From NCBI GenBank assembly GCA_002269645.1, contig NIVC01000038.1:868001-932000 (forward strand): 64,000 nt of DNA, read 5' to 3'. The notes beneath the pieces were generated by a model. That model was not told the origin of the DNA. It made no database searches and was given only the letters and a program-made list of their open reading frames with translations. This DNA comes from Macrostomum lignano. Lineage: Eukaryota. Shown here piece by piece: positions 47,730 through 60,325 of this stretch (position 1 is the stretch's first letter; each line of letters starts with the position of its first letter). A program made the position numbers and the translations under genes.

Positions 47730-48272
47730 ATTCCTTTAAAAAACATGAAGCCATCAACTCCGGGACTTTTTCTCCATCCAACCCGCAGCTTCGCAGTCAA
47801 CTCCGCATAAACGCGGAAGCCATCCTTTGTTGGCTCGGCAAACTACCGTTGCGAGTGAGAGGAAGCGAGTTTGCCTTGCAAAACAAAGAAGATGGATTTC
47901 TAGAATTCACGACCAGTCAGGAAACATCACTGCTTCCGCTAAATATGTTGCCTCGTTAGGAGGCTGCGAACATGCACAAAAGCCTGTATTGTTCAAACTA
48001 CAATGCATCTCGCTTGCTTTTCGTTGACTCTACGGGTGATCGATCATTGCCTCAAAGTCAGAATTCAGGCAACCCGCTGCAGAAGCTGTGCGTCAAGGTA
48101 AACAGGCCGTCAAATTATAGACCGATTGCTGGAGCCAATGAGCAACAAAGCCAATCAGGACAATTTCACTGATCTGGTCAAGAATGCATAACTGCGACAA
48201 AACAGATGCTGAGGCTTTCAAGACAAGCGAATTCTCTTCTACTGACTGACAGAAGCTACATCACGCCACAAA

Positions 48273-49304
48273 ATGTCAAGGCTCCTACATCTCGCTGTTC
48301 TGTGCGCCCTGCTCTCGGTCTCTGACTGTGTAAACGGAGACAAAACTACACAGCACAGAGTAGCCAACAATGACTGCCTGAACTTGTCGCTCTCGGTGTG
48401 GCAAATGCCGCGAGCCTCCGCCTACCTGCTCGACTGCTTCTTGTCGAGTCGGTCGTTCCGTCTCGGCAGCGTCGGCGTGGTGCAGCGGAACAAGCGAGAC
48501 GCCTCGTGCGCGCTGTTCCGCTTCGGTGAGGTGTGCCGCCTGCTTAACATGACCAGCTCGTCTACACCGACTGAGGGAGTGGCCGCTGAGAGCACTTGCG
48601 AAACCCTGGTGGACTCGGAGTACGACGCGATCGCTGCGAACGAGCACTTCAGCGCTGTGTGGGTCGGAGACAGGGGACCGGCGCTGGAGAACCTGGTGTG
48701 CGGCTCCCATGGACAGAGGAACCCCATGAGGTCCAGTGGTGTCTCATGGACGAACGAAGGCGCTCGCATGGACGGAGTCTCGTCTCGGCTGTGGGTGGAC
48801 GACCCCACAGGTCTGGACTTCACGGCGTCCTACACCTGGGTGCTGCACCTCAAGAGAACTCCAAGGGTTCAGTGCTTCATCGAGCTGGACAATTGCGGAT
48901 CATTAGGAGGCAGCTCATTCTTAAGCCACTTTTGGGAATATTGCCGTGGTTCATTAGAGACGCGATGTCTTTTTTCCAATATTGGCGGCGATAAATGGGT
49001 GGTGCACACGGGCTCTGTGCTGCCCGCCGATCCTGAGCGCTTCTTCATCGCTGGCTTGTCAACAGATAAGCCGTCAGGTGAACGCCAATTCCTGCTCGGA
49101 TCCGCGTTTTTGACTGAGCCCCTGAAATCTGGCAACGGGTCCACATTAAAATATAACGACACTGGCGCCTGCGTCAAGATCGGCTGGCGGGATGCAAGCT
49201 CGTCAGCGTTCAACGGATTTTTCCAGGGCGTCATCCGCGCAGTCGCCATGACGAACTCGGCCGTGACTGAGCAGGCGGTGCGGCAGCTGCTTCAGCAGCC
49301 CTGA
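48273..49304 (+). CDS. Secreted PAN/apple-like plus LamG/ConA-like protein, copy C, 343 aa
   Basis: Colinear with A and B, with small in-frame insertions confined to the C-terminal domain. Confidence 0.85.
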   Translation: MSRLLHLAVLCALLSVSDCVNGDKTTQHRVANNDCLNLSLSVWQMPRASAYLLDCFLSSRSFRLGSVGVVQRNKRDASCALFRFGEVCRLLNMTSSSTPTEGVAAESTCETLVDSEYDAIAANEHFSAVWVGDRGPALENLVCGSHGQRNPMRSSGVSWTNEGARMDGVSSRLWVDDPTGLDFTASYTWVLHLKRTPRVQCFIELDNCGSLGGSSFLSHFWEYCRGSLETRCLFSNIGGDKWVVHTGSVLPADPERFFIAGLSTDKPSGERQFLLGSAFLTEPLKSGNGSTLKYNDTGACVKIGWRDASSSAFNGFFQGVIRAVAMTNSAVTEQAVRQLLQQP

Positions 49305-49732
49305 AGCTTTGACACCTTTCAATGTTGTTCGGGCACTTTTTGTATTTATATTCGTAAAAATTATTGTGCAACAATTACATAGCCTCGGTCTGGGCACAAG
49401 AAACCATTTTTGTTTGTGTGTGGCTCCTGTGCTCGGGCACTCGCTGGGAGAACAGGTCGATTGCAGCTCCCTGCATCTCCGACATCTGCCCCAATATTCC
49501 CTGCCAGCTGTCTTTTTGTTGAACAACCGATTTTTCTAGTTTTCTCTCTATTTTTCTCGCTCCTTGCTTCTGTTGTTCACTGACCCTAACTAACAGACTC
49601 CCGGATTTGCGTTACTGGCTATCTGAATGCGCCAATTCAATAAATCCTCATTTTTCCTCACTTTTTCTGCGTGCCCCAGGTGACAATTCTATTTTTAGAA
49701 ACAGGTTAGTGACGTCAGAAGATTGGGTCCCA

Positions 49733-49735
<3 letters not shown>

Positions 49736-49792
<57 letters not shown>
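49736..49792. repeat. (GA)n microsatellite
   Basis: Direct reading. Confidence 0.9.
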
Positions 49793-49793
<1 letters not shown>

Positions 49794-50544
49794 TCATAGC
49801 AATAACCTTAAAGAGAGTCACGTGAGTCGCCTAAAACGGCTACGCCGATCCTACTGAAGACTTACCTGCATCAGCTTCTTCAAGCCTGCAGCATCAGCAT
49901 CAGCAGCCAGTTCTCTCTCTCTGGCGCCCCCGGTGAGTGGCGCCCCCGGTGAGTCTTTAATCCTGGCTTCAGGCCGAATCGCACTTAGATTATTGCTACT
50001 TCCTAGACATTAGAGTCTGCTCTTACTGTCCTTACGTGTATTCATTTATTCACTCCAGAGCGAACTATCAATAATTATGACAACTATCAAGAATAAAAAA
50101 TTAACTATTTCTATAGGGTTGCTTCTTTGCCCTTCTTAATTTCTTCTGGAGGTCTTAATGCCTTTATAATTTAGTTCTTAATAGCACACTAAACCTTATA
50201 TTTTCATATGCTTATACATTCATATCATATTTTCGTATTTTCGTACTGTATATACATTTCGATTTCCCTCATACTACTCTTAGTAGCAAAATGTGTAATC
50301 ACGCATCATTTCAACCACACCCTATTGTCAAAACGACGTATAACGTTATCCGTCGATGTAATGTAAAAGAACATACTTATCAGCGATGTCGATAGACTGT
50401 AGGAACGTCGGCCAGAGAGAATCTAATTTGAAATAGCTGTAGTAACTTCGACCAAAACAGAGTTGCTTCAGTTTCAATTTACAACAAAAAAATACTTCTC
50501 CGCTAGCTACACAGTGACCATAACAGGGGTGAGAAGTCAAAGAG

Positions 50545-51005
50545 AGCCTCTCTAGGCGATAGCCCTCAAAACGTCACAACCCCCTGCTTGGTCCGGGGCG
50601 CCAGCATCAATCAAAAGCCGGTCAGGGTATCTCGCCGTTCGCCCTTGGCCTCGCCTACGCGGTATCTGCTGCTTGAGCAGCAGCACTTCGTTTAGCGGCT
50701 CAGGGCAAGCGGGCCTCCGACCGGCTGGCGTGGCCAACCAGTCGAAGTCGTCTCCCGCGCAGCAGGTCAGAAGGCCGCATCAGGCCTCGCATCGCTGCCT
50801 GGGCCGCTGCGCACGCCGAACGCCTCACTCAGCTTGGCCGCATGCGCAGCGTCCAGCTGCCTCTTTTTCAGGTGTCCGTCAGGGTCCAGGTCTCGGCGTT
50901 GTACAACAAGACAGTCTCAACGACTGCCTGAAACAGCCGAGCCCCGAGCCCGTCATCCAGGGCCTCAGAATGGAGCACGAAGCTCACAGCTCGTCAGGCC
51001 ATCAA
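50545..51005 (-). mobile_element. RTE-like LINE 3' fragment
   Basis: LFQAVVETVLLYNAETWTLT and LLRGRRLRLVGHASR, motifs typical of the RTE RT C-terminal region; stops and frameshifts. Confidence 0.75.
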
Positions 51006-54000
51006 GCAGCTAATTAAATTTATAAATTTAGTTACTACAATAAGGTTGAGCTGTTGTCAAGTTATATTGCTCAAAATTCTAATCTGGCTAGTACTTTCTA
51101 AATCGACCTACAATTAAAATCGCATGATAGACAGAACAGAGGGCTTTCAGTTTTAAGCACCAATTCATCAAACCTTCGTCAATACTAGCTAAAATTTCTG
51201 AATTGTAACTTTAGAAAGTATGATTTGTTTACTGTAGGGTAAAGGCATTGTTAATTTCGATAAAAGCATTTCTCTGCTTTTGTTATCGGTCGTTTAAAAT
51301 GCGGGCTGAAAGCAAATAGTCTGGCCCTCAGAAACCCGCCTGCTAAACCCCCATGCAGCATGCAGTCGGAATTACGGTCTTGTTGCTGCTACGGTTATGC
51401 TGAGTCTTAGATTTAGGCTTATTTTGGATTTGCCGATGTGTTTATCCTAATATTGGCTTTGCTGGCTTTCTGACTTTGGTACATCGCTGTCTGAGGCCTG
51501 ACGTTCCCCCTAACCCTATTAGTATGTAAAAATTAAAGAACGAACCACGACAATCCAATTCTAACTTAAAAAGTAGACAATAACCAAAAGATGTTGAGAA
51601 TAGATAAAAAATGTTTGGCAAGTCTCATAGCTGTATTAAGTAAATTAATCCCCAATTTCGCCCAGAATTGTCATGCAGAGTAAAAAAAATTGCGAGAAAC
51701 AAGGTGGGAGGGACGTCAAATATATTGAGAGCATGAGACCATATGGTGCACAGTAGTAGGTCATAATTAGTCATTTATATTTTGCTTCACTCTTACCATG
51801 TATCTAGCAAAATATGGTACTCACTATTTTTAGTGAGATCTATAACTCAACTTTGTGACGAACAGAAGCATTAGGGTCACAAAAGATTATCATGCTTATC
51901 AAGTAGGTTGATATTACAGCTAGGTAATACCCTATTTGAAATTAATGTTCAGTAAGTTCAGATCAAATGCATTACGATACTCCGCATTGCATACGGCTTC
52001 AAACTTCTGAAAAGCAGGTCGGTCCTTTGAAAGGTCGTTTTTTTGTTACAATATATGTTGGCAATGACAATTTTTGGTACAATATATTCCTATAAGATAC
52101 TGGTGTGATGCTTTTTCTACTATTTCATTTACTGTAAATTACTGTCCAACAAACTATTACTCAACTTTGCTCAACTGGACACTGGCTGGAAAAAAAGACG
52201 ATATTGTACGACTAATCAGTGTCCGGGCCATGGTTCTTCTAGTTTATGAGAACCCAGGCACTGGATTCTGGGTCGAGCGCTGTTTCACCGGCCTCCCCAA
52301 CATCTCTTTCACTAACGCCCTTCGCCCTCACAGAATTGCGAAGGTCTCACAGGCAGGATAATGCGAGGGAAAGACAACCATGATAGGAATGGCAACTTGT
52401 CACTCAAGCTTTCTCGCTTTCTCAAAGAAACAGGGGATGCTTTTCCTTGCAACTTACATGTACCATATTTATACTGCGCGGAGCAATCTCAGCTGTATGG
52501 TCTTGTTAAAAATTTTGTACATGTATCTAATCCACTATTTGTGAGGTTCTTCAGCCATTCAGAAGGCACCGGTTCGAATTTGGTACTCACATTGTGGCTC
52601 TTTGATACTTCTAAAACTAACTTTATTATGCTTGCAGTGAATGGCTTGCATTCGACTGTTATAGGCAAAAATATTCAGGCTGCGGTCGATGAGATAAAGA
52701 GGCGGGCGACTTAGACACTTAAGGATTTAAACACCCTTGCTAGTTAGCAATTGACTCAGCTAAAATGAATAGACGGGTTATTGGTATGAGTTCGTAAGTG
52801 AGTCACCTACTCAAAAGCTTTTAAAGCTTCAAGTCCATTATAATACATGCAGCATGCAGCCGACAAAAGGCCAAGTGCCTGTCTGTCCTCGTCAGCAGCA
52901 GAGACGACAATTCGACAAAATATAAAAGTATGTATTGTACTTCCGTGCTGAAAAATGGAACAGCACCTATCTCCATACAGTGGTGCCATTTTTTCGTAAA
53001 GCCAGCTTCATGAGCAGTTGGCATCGCCATGAATTTTATGACGGTTGGACAAAGGCGAGAAGTCTGCATGATTAAATTCCTACATTATTTTAAGAATCGG
53101 TGTTGATTGCTTATTTTGGCGCCGAAGGCGCTCTATTTTGGGGCCCTGAGGCAAAATTATTGACTTACAAAACGGTACACAAATTGGGTGGGGCGGGGAG
53201 ACAAAGCATTATGGGAAGCCCCCCCCCCATAGCTTTCTGGGCGGGGGCATGGACAGGCCGACGGGGCGATAGCTGTAAACATATTCATGGCCAAGAGCTG
53301 TTTTTCATATCCTAATTATCATTTTTGAATATATTTAAGTCGGCCAATTTGCAAATTTGATGACATTATCGTTTTCAACGAGATGGACTTTTTGCTTCCC
53401 CGTCCCCCATTTGTTTGTTTATGCGGCCTTTAAATGAATGCATACAAGCTTTCAGCAAAATTAGATTCTTTCTTGCTTCAGGAGAAGCAAGTCAACAATT
53501 AAATTAGTGAATTTAAAAGGGCCCCACTTATTTGGGAACTTCGATTTAAATTTCGTTGCTCTTTTACTTGGAGCAGTGGTTACAAGCCTCTTAATAGATT
53601 TTTTGTTTATTCAGCAGTTGAATTACGTAGTTTGGACGAAGCAACTAAAGATAATAGTATAGGAATATAGGAATATTTTGTATTACTGTAGCTCAATGTT
53701 AGGTCGTGAAATAATCACAATGGCATGTGTGAGTACTAAATTTAAGAATAGTTTAATTACATGCTTTTTGGGACTGTGCATCCGGTTATAGAGTATCCTG
53801 TACAGCAATCTGATTTAAATCATGCGACAATCAGCCGACGGATGGCGTCGTTATACTTCGGTGTAAGATAGAAGTATCATTTTGCCAACAATGTCCATTG
53901 ACGTCGGGTTGTAGGCGGACGTCCTGTTGCTGCACGGGTATGCAAAAATTTGTGCTTGCCGTTCCAGCCTGCGGCGCCCTAATACGAGTTCCTTTTCGAC

Positions 54001-54612
54001 AGCTACCTGTTCTGTCGGTTGACTCTATTGTGGAATGAAAGCAATTTGAAACTCCTCCATTCAAGAACGGCTGATTTAGGCCCCAAATCACCTTGATAAC
54101 AAGGTAATACTTGACAATAAGGATGTATATTATAATTTTGACTCTGAAAAGCCTTTGTTAGAGCTTCCATCCTGAAATTTTAATTACAAATTATTGTTAA
54201 AGCCGAGAAAAAATAAACCGGGTCTACAATAAGCAATTAAACAATAAAGCTGATATTTAAAGGTTATTTATAGCGTTCATATATTACAGCAAGTCTGTAG
54301 GTACACAAGACTATTTAATTAACAGCATCACGGACGGGTAGCTATTTTTTGCAAGGAACGGTCTCGATCGTTTGATGTTAAAATGTTTACAAAATTCATA
54401 TAGATACTCGTAAAAGAACAGATAAAAAAGCGTTCCTGGGCTCATGAAAAATTCAAAAATAGATCGGGAAAACTTGAACAAAATTAACTATAGATCTTTC
54501 CAGAGGGAGTTGGTATAACTGATTTTTCAAATATATCAAATATATAAATTCAAATATTTCAAAAAATAGTTGTTCAAAACCTTTTGTTAATTCCTGACGT
54601 TTTACAATCAAT

Positions 54613-55614
54613 TTACACTCCGAAGAAAATTTTACTGATGGTTTCTTCCGGTAGATTCGTATTAGAAACCGCCACGGCTCTGACCACACCATTAAGCATG
54701 CAGGTGCCGTCATACCGCCAGCCCACATGGATGCAGGCTCCGGCTTGGTTAAAGCTGTTCGTCCGAGCGAAGACGCCGGCAGTCGGTAGAAACTTTGATC
54801 CATAGAAGAAGCGAGTCAGGTTCTGCTGCCTCCTGAATGAGACGCCAGCGATGAAGAACTCGTTCGGGTCCGCAGGCAGCACCGAGCTGGTCTGGAATCT
54901 GGCGAAGTAACCCGGGTTCAGGAAGAGGGCGCGACTCACTCCGGACATTACTGAGTATTCTTGCAGGTGGTCGAGCATGCTGCCGGATCCGATGCAGCTG
55001 CTCAGTTCTAGAAAGCTAGCTAAACCTGGGGTTCTCTTCAGGTGCAGCACCCAGGTGTAGGATGCCGTGAAGTCCAGACCTGTGGGGTCGTCCACCCACA
55101 GCCGAGACGAGACTCCGTCCATGCGAGCGCCCTCACTCGTCCAGGTCACATTGAGCGACTTCACGGGGTTCCTCTGTCCCTCGGAGCCGCACACCAGGTT
55201 CTCCAGCGCCGGTCCCCTGTCTCCGACCCACACAGCGCTGAAGTGCTCGTTCGAAGCGATCGCGTCGTACTCCGAGTCTACCACGGTCTCGCAGCTGCTC
55301 TCAGCGGCCACTCCGGCAGTCGGTGTCGTCGAGGTCATGTTGAGCAGGCGGCACACCTCACCGAAGCGGAACAGCGCGCACGAGGCGTCTCGCTTGTTCC
55401 GCTGCACAACGCCGACGCTGCCGAGACGGAGAGAGCGACTGGACGAGAAACAGTTGATCATTGAGGCCGAGGGCTGAGGCCTCTGCCACACCGCCAACGA
55501 CAAGTTCAGGCACTTACGCTTTGACATTTTCAGCTTCGTGATTTGGAGGCTCTTTTGAGCATTGCAGCTGACTAGCAGGGCACTCAAAACTATTAAGAAG
55601 AAGACAGTATTCAT
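54613..55614 (-). CDS. Secreted PAN/apple-like plus LamG/ConA-like protein, divergent copy D, 333 aa
   Basis: Signal MNTVFFLIVLSALLVSCNA from ATG 55614 (the track ORF extends 27 codons further upstream); core near-identical to A; C-terminal domain strongly divergent. Confidence 0.85.
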   Translation of the reverse strand: MNTVFFLIVLSALLVSCNAQKSLQITKLKMSKRKCLNLSLAVWQRPQPSASMINCFSSSRSLRLGSVGVVQRNKRDASCALFRFGEVCRLLNMTSTTPTAGVAAESSCETVVDSEYDAIASNEHFSAVWVGDRGPALENLVCGSEGQRNPVKSLNVTWTSEGARMDGVSSRLWVDDPTGLDFTASYTWVLHLKRTPGLASFLELSSCIGSGSMLDHLQEYSVMSGVSRALFLNPGYFARFQTSSVLPADPNEFFIAGVSFRRQQNLTRFFYGSKFLPTAGVFARTNSFNQAGACIHVGWRYDGTCMLNGVVRAVAVSNTNLPEETISKIFFGV

Positions 55615-55989
55615 TTCGAGTGTCTTTACAAGTTTAAATATATAGATCGTATATTTGGTTTGGTGTTTTACAGAAATGCATTCAGAATTTATCAATTTAT
55701 TGGACGGAGCTCAGGACTTAGAGATGTTGAAAATGTTTTGATTGGCTGAGATAGTTTGCAACGAATTTCCACAGAGCGGGATTGCTAGACCAAGAGCATC
55801 TGAGGTATACTGCACTTCAGTTGTCCCTGGTTGCATGGTTTAGAATACGCAACAAGCTTTAGCAACAAGTTGTCTACAAGCAAGAAAATGAATAATCACT
55901 AATGCCAATTTGTGTCCTAAAGCTCCAAATTCAGGCCTTAATAGCGCCATGGTACTCTGAAGCCGGGATTGTCCTCCGAAAACTCCACT

Positions 55990-56100
55990 CCAACTTGTCC
56001 ACGCTTAACTCCAACTAGTCCACACTTAACTCCAACTAGTCCACACTTAACTCCAACTAGTCCGCACTCAACTCCAACTAGTTCATGCTAGACTCTAACG
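55990..56100. repeat. 21-bp tandem repeat AACTAGTCCACACTTAACTCC
   Basis: Direct reading; a related sequence lies at about 33815-33840. Confidence 0.8.
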
Positions 56101-56109
56101 AGTTCACTC

Positions 56110-56345
56110 TCACCCAAGTGAAACGGGACCCGCCAATCTTGTGTGTCAACCTCGGAGCCGCCCCTGCGATCCCTGCTCTGGGCAGCCGATCACAGCTGTG
56201 GCCGAGAGCAGCATCGTCCCAGGTCGATCGCTGGTAGACTCTGGTCAATTATGTCATGGTCGCCTAGCTTGGTCAGCCAGACCCTCTGTTTGCGGCCAGC
56301 TCCAAGTGACTTGATGTAGTGCGCGACTGTGCAGCATGCACTACG
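56110..56345 (-). mobile_element. Possible LINE 3'-end remnant
   Basis: RVWLTKLGDHDI.. resembles LINE C-terminal LTKLR..H motifs; weak. Confidence 0.3.
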
Positions 56346-56834
56346 AAGGCGTGTGAAAGGCAAAATTTTCAGACATTACATACAACTAGTTGTCAAGATG
56401 ACAGTGCTGGGACAAAAGTACGCAAAAATAGCCTTCCCCTGAGATTAACATCTTCTAAAACATAATGCCCTAACACTTAAAACCAACCACCCCATCACAA
56501 TACCTACAACCTCTCATCTAAGAGTGAAAAAAGTCAAGCACCCCAACCAAATTCCAGATCAACATCTACTAAAATCTATCTAAACATGATGCTCTAACAC
56601 CAACCACCCCATCGCAATACTTGCAACTACTGATCTACTGATTATAAGGCTTAAAAACATTCATTGTATTTTATGCATCTGAAAAACTAAACCTGAAGAC
56701 GACTGTGAGGTCGAATTTTCACTCGAGACCAAAATTCTTCTCGCATAGTTTTAAAAAAAATCTGCTCCACCCGAGGCCAAAATTCTTCTTGCATCGTTTA
56801 AAAAAATCGGCTCCACCCGAGGCCGAAATTCTTC

Positions 56835-57015
56835 GCAACCTCAGACTCTGTGTACAGAGAAAATCTCTCTCTCCCCACCTCCGCAACCTCAGGCTCTGTG
56901 TACAGAGAAAATCTCTCTCTCCCCACCTCCGCAACCTCAGGCTCTGTGTACAGAGAAAATCTCTCTCTCCCCACCTCCGCAACCTCAGGCTCTGTGTACA
57001 GAGAAAATCTCTCTC
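56835..57015. repeat. 48-bp tandem repeat, about 3.5 copies
   Basis: Unit CTCCGCAACCTCAGGCTCTGTGTACAGAGAAAATCTCTCTCTCCCCAC, next to the Polinton remnant. Confidence 0.9.
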
Positions 57016-57220
57016 CTGCGCAGCCAGCCTCTTGGCTAATTTTAGAACAAGAGAGATTTTCACCGATTTAACGTCACATTCTCTCAATCACAATCGTTAG
57101 CGCAAACTCTTCACCATTGAAATCAGCGCCGACTCCATCGTCTGTTTCAAACTGCATGAAGAGCAATCTCATTGATTTCTTTATTACTCAAAACAACCCT
57201 CTTCACTGGATTGGGTTTCT

Positions 57221-57790
57221 CTACCAACATATGACCGCCAGCAACAGAATTTGAAATATTAAAAAGTACATTTTTCCGTTTACCTTTAAAATCCAATCGA
57301 GACTCAAATTACTACGAATTAAAATTAACGTATTTAAACCTTTGACAATGTCAGCAATATTTGGGGCTAAGAACAAACCCTCTTTATAAACTTTCGCCTC
57401 AAAACCCAACTCTCTGTACCACGTGTCGTTTTTAAACTCACTCTCAGCATCCTTATGAACTTGCGGGGTCACTCTCATTACAGTGAGATCATAGGATAGT
57501 TTAACAAGGAACAGTTTATTCTCTGGTCTAGCCGCATCGGGTGTCTCAAAATGCTTTCCTTTGGTAAAAACATTTTCCAAAAAGTAATTTTATCCACACC
57601 CTGAGTGCTCACGGGAAGGGAAATTACCTCTGCTGTCGCACCTTTCCATTTGTAATAGAACTTGTTATTAGCCAGAGCCACATTAAGGACATTCGACCAG
57701 CCTGTAAAATCATTCAGATAAACATGATAATTCGCCTCAGCATCCAATCGAATAGGTTGCTCTAGTTTTTCCATAAACACTCCATTTGGT
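57221..57790 (-). pseudogene. Polinton minor capsid (penton)-like protein, frameshifted
   Basis: PIRLDAEANYHVYLNDFTGWSNVLNV..NNKFYY ... RELGFEAKVYKEGLFLAPNIADI, split over two frames. Confidence 0.7.
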
Positions 57791-57979
57791 TCAGTAATTC
57801 TTCCAGTAACAGCAATAGGAATGCTTATTTTAGAGTGTGAAACGATATTATTTAATCTTTCAACAATGGCTTCAATCTTTCAATTAACTTTTTTAGTTTT
57901 ATTTTTATCTTAAACTCTAGTGACAATAGTGAATTATCTCATGTTGAATTGATCGAACATTTCCATGTACATAGCGACC

Positions 57980-58417
57980 GACACTAGTCGTACTCCTCAT
58001 AGTGACACCCCTCAGGGTTGTCAATCAAACACTGGGTATCATAGACCACACCAAAGTTGGCTATTCTCTCCAACTCTGTGCTTCCATTCGACACGCTAAA
58101 CTCTTTGAACATGTACGCCCAGAAGTTACTGATCAGTGCCACGTTTGCATTGTGCTTATCATCATTGGCTTGAGCAGCATCGTCTCCACCTTTTGTCTTA
58201 AATTGGAAAGTCTTTTAGAATCCACTTGTTAGACTGTGGACACTGACCAATGACGAGCAACCGTTGTATGTGAATATCAGCCTTTGACCTGGACCCAAAT
58301 TAGTTTCATTCTGGTTCTCATGACTAGGAATTCTAACTTGTGACGCTTTAATGGTGCTGTAATCGCTTAAAATTGGTTTGTTAATCTTGAGAAAACTGTT
58401 GTCAAAGGATCGTTCAT
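57980..58417 (-). pseudogene. Polinton major capsid protein, N-terminal fragment
   Basis: FLKINQPILSDYSTIK...NLGPGQRLIFTY and VALISNFWAYMFKEFSVSNGSTELERIANFG resemble Polinton MCP N-termini; stops and truncation. Confidence 0.55.
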
Positions 58418-59716
58418 TTTAAAAAATTATTTTCAACAAAAATAAAAATATTTAAAATGAAACAGAAAAGTTTAAATCATATCGTTGAACTAGATAAGCT
58501 AGCACAAGCAGAGAAACAGGTCACTAACTTAATCAACAAAGAGCAACAGTCATACAATGAGTTCATTCAAGCGGCCACCAAGTCAAAAGCCCGGATGCAC
58601 AGAAGCAAAGAAAAACATTGAAACAGTAAATGAAACTATAGATGATATTCAAGAGAGTCAGTTGCAAAACGTCTTGTCTAAAATTCCAACAACCCCACAG
58701 CAACCATCTCAACAACCATCTCAACAACCATCACAACCATCTCAGCAACCATCTCAACAACCATCACAACCATCTCAACAACTAAAGTGACTGATAACTT
58801 TTTTGGTCCTGTAGGGGAGCAAGCAGCCGGCGGGTTAAAATACGACTTTGGAATTAGCAACTGGTGAGAATAAATTACTAATCAACCAGCGGAATATCAC
58901 CTAGAAGTCACAAGACAAAGTATATCAGTCATTAAAGATCAAAATTCTAAACGAATCCCTTTCACTCAAACTTTACTGGACTACATGACTAAAAATCAGG
59001 AAAAATATCCGAGAAACATTTAAACAATTACAGAGATCTGGTTACCTTCGCTTTCGAGAGGGACATAGATATTCTCAAGAACCTAGAAGTTTTGAGATTT
59101 TTACATGACAGCGGAGTTTTCTTCAACACGTTTAGAAAATATAAACACTTTAAACAATGGTTTAATTTGCCAGATCAAGAAAAGGTCATAAAGCAACTAC
59201 AGAGGGTTCCTCAAACCACATCACAAACTCCCACATCACAAACAACTGTATCCCAAGCAACCAAAACCGCATCACAAGCAACCAGATACCAAACTCTTCA
59301 ACTCCTCAAAAGCAACCTACAACCGAAAAAGTACTAGAAGCACTTGAAAAAGCAGAACCAAATATGGTTGCCCAGTACAGAAAACAACACCCAAATGAAT
59401 GGCAGCTTTTGCAGCAAATCTCTCCAGAACGAATGAAGCGAATCAGTGATAGAGCATTTACACCTCGACAACAGTCTCCAGGAACTTCCACTTCGGATCA
59501 ATCTTTTGAATCACCATCGGAAGGTATTCGGATGCTTACAAGCGGTTAGCTGTTCTCCTTGGTGCAGCAAAAACAGGGATGAAGGATGAGAATAGGAAAG
59601 AGTTTGTTCACATCCTAGACAAAATGTTAGAGAAGAAGTACATCGATAAAAGAGCGCGAGAACTTTTACTTTCACGGTTTAACAAAAAATAAAATTTCTA
59701 TTTAAAAAGATACAAA

Positions 59717-59938
59717 ATGCCAATCATTTTCGAAAAGGACATCCAAAAATACTACGACGAAGAGGAACTCAATCTCATGACACGGGGATCTGGGCTATTC
59801 CCTGCAGGTCACTATCCAAGAAAAGAGCGCTCTGGGAATGGCCTCGCCGATCTGATCGCACGAGGGGCCCGGATCTTTAAAGTAGTTGGTGAAAACAAAG
59901 AGAACATAAAAAAATTACTGAAGCAGCCAGTAGTTTAG
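59717..59938 (+). pseudogene. Small Polinton ORF with GSG/GNG motifs (core-protein-like)
   Basis: MTRGSGLF...RSGNGLADLIARG, preceded by LLGAAKTG..EFVHILDKMLEKKYI at about 59555-59690, a motif recalled from Polinton ORFs. Confidence 0.4.
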
Positions 59939-60325
59939 CCACAGAGGCTAAAAAGATTAAGGATACAGTCAAAGAAAACAAACGAGACACTTCATTAGAT
60001 GTCCAACCGCTTGTTCCGCTTGCTCCAACTGCTGACAGTATTGATTCATCTATCTACGCAAAATTGAGAGCCGAACTTAAGAAAGGAAGTGGCTTCAAAT
60101 TCAACTAAGGAAAAGGGACCTGTTGAAAAAAGACACACAAGTGACAGATAAAGAGTTAAGAGATAAGAGACAAATCTCCAAAACATAGGTGACAGATAAG
60201 GAAATAAGAGACAAATCCTCAAGACAAACAGGTGACAGATAAAGAGATAAGAGACAAATCCCCAAAACATACGTGAAAGATAAACAGACACAAACCCGGT
60301 CTTAAAAAAATAATTAAACACAAAA

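Noticed and set aside
52074-53069. Short ORFs at 52074-52714 and 52807-53069 as a gene or transposase
   Set aside because: No recognisable motif or consistent splice structure.
38633-55477. Overlapping and antisense ORFs repeated at each lectin-like gene
   Set aside because: Shadows of GC-rich coding sequence, repeated only because the core is duplicated.
54779-55517. Segment missing from mini-gene F as a spliced-out intron (it starts GTAAGT)
   Set aside because: The 3' end is CTGC, not AG, and the junction has an extra base, which fits deletion repair rather than retroposition of a spliced mRNA.
55614-55695. Longer N-termini for D (55695) and F (31470) given by the ORF track
   Set aside because: The extensions are not conserved between D and F, whereas the signal peptide begins at the shared ATG of MNTVFF.
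10630-57015. Regular arrays (35-, 28-, 23-, 20-, 17-, 30-, 21- and 48-bp units) as CRISPR arrays
   Set aside because: Units are head-to-tail with no unique spacers, no cas genes are present, and the context is a spliced eukaryotic genome.
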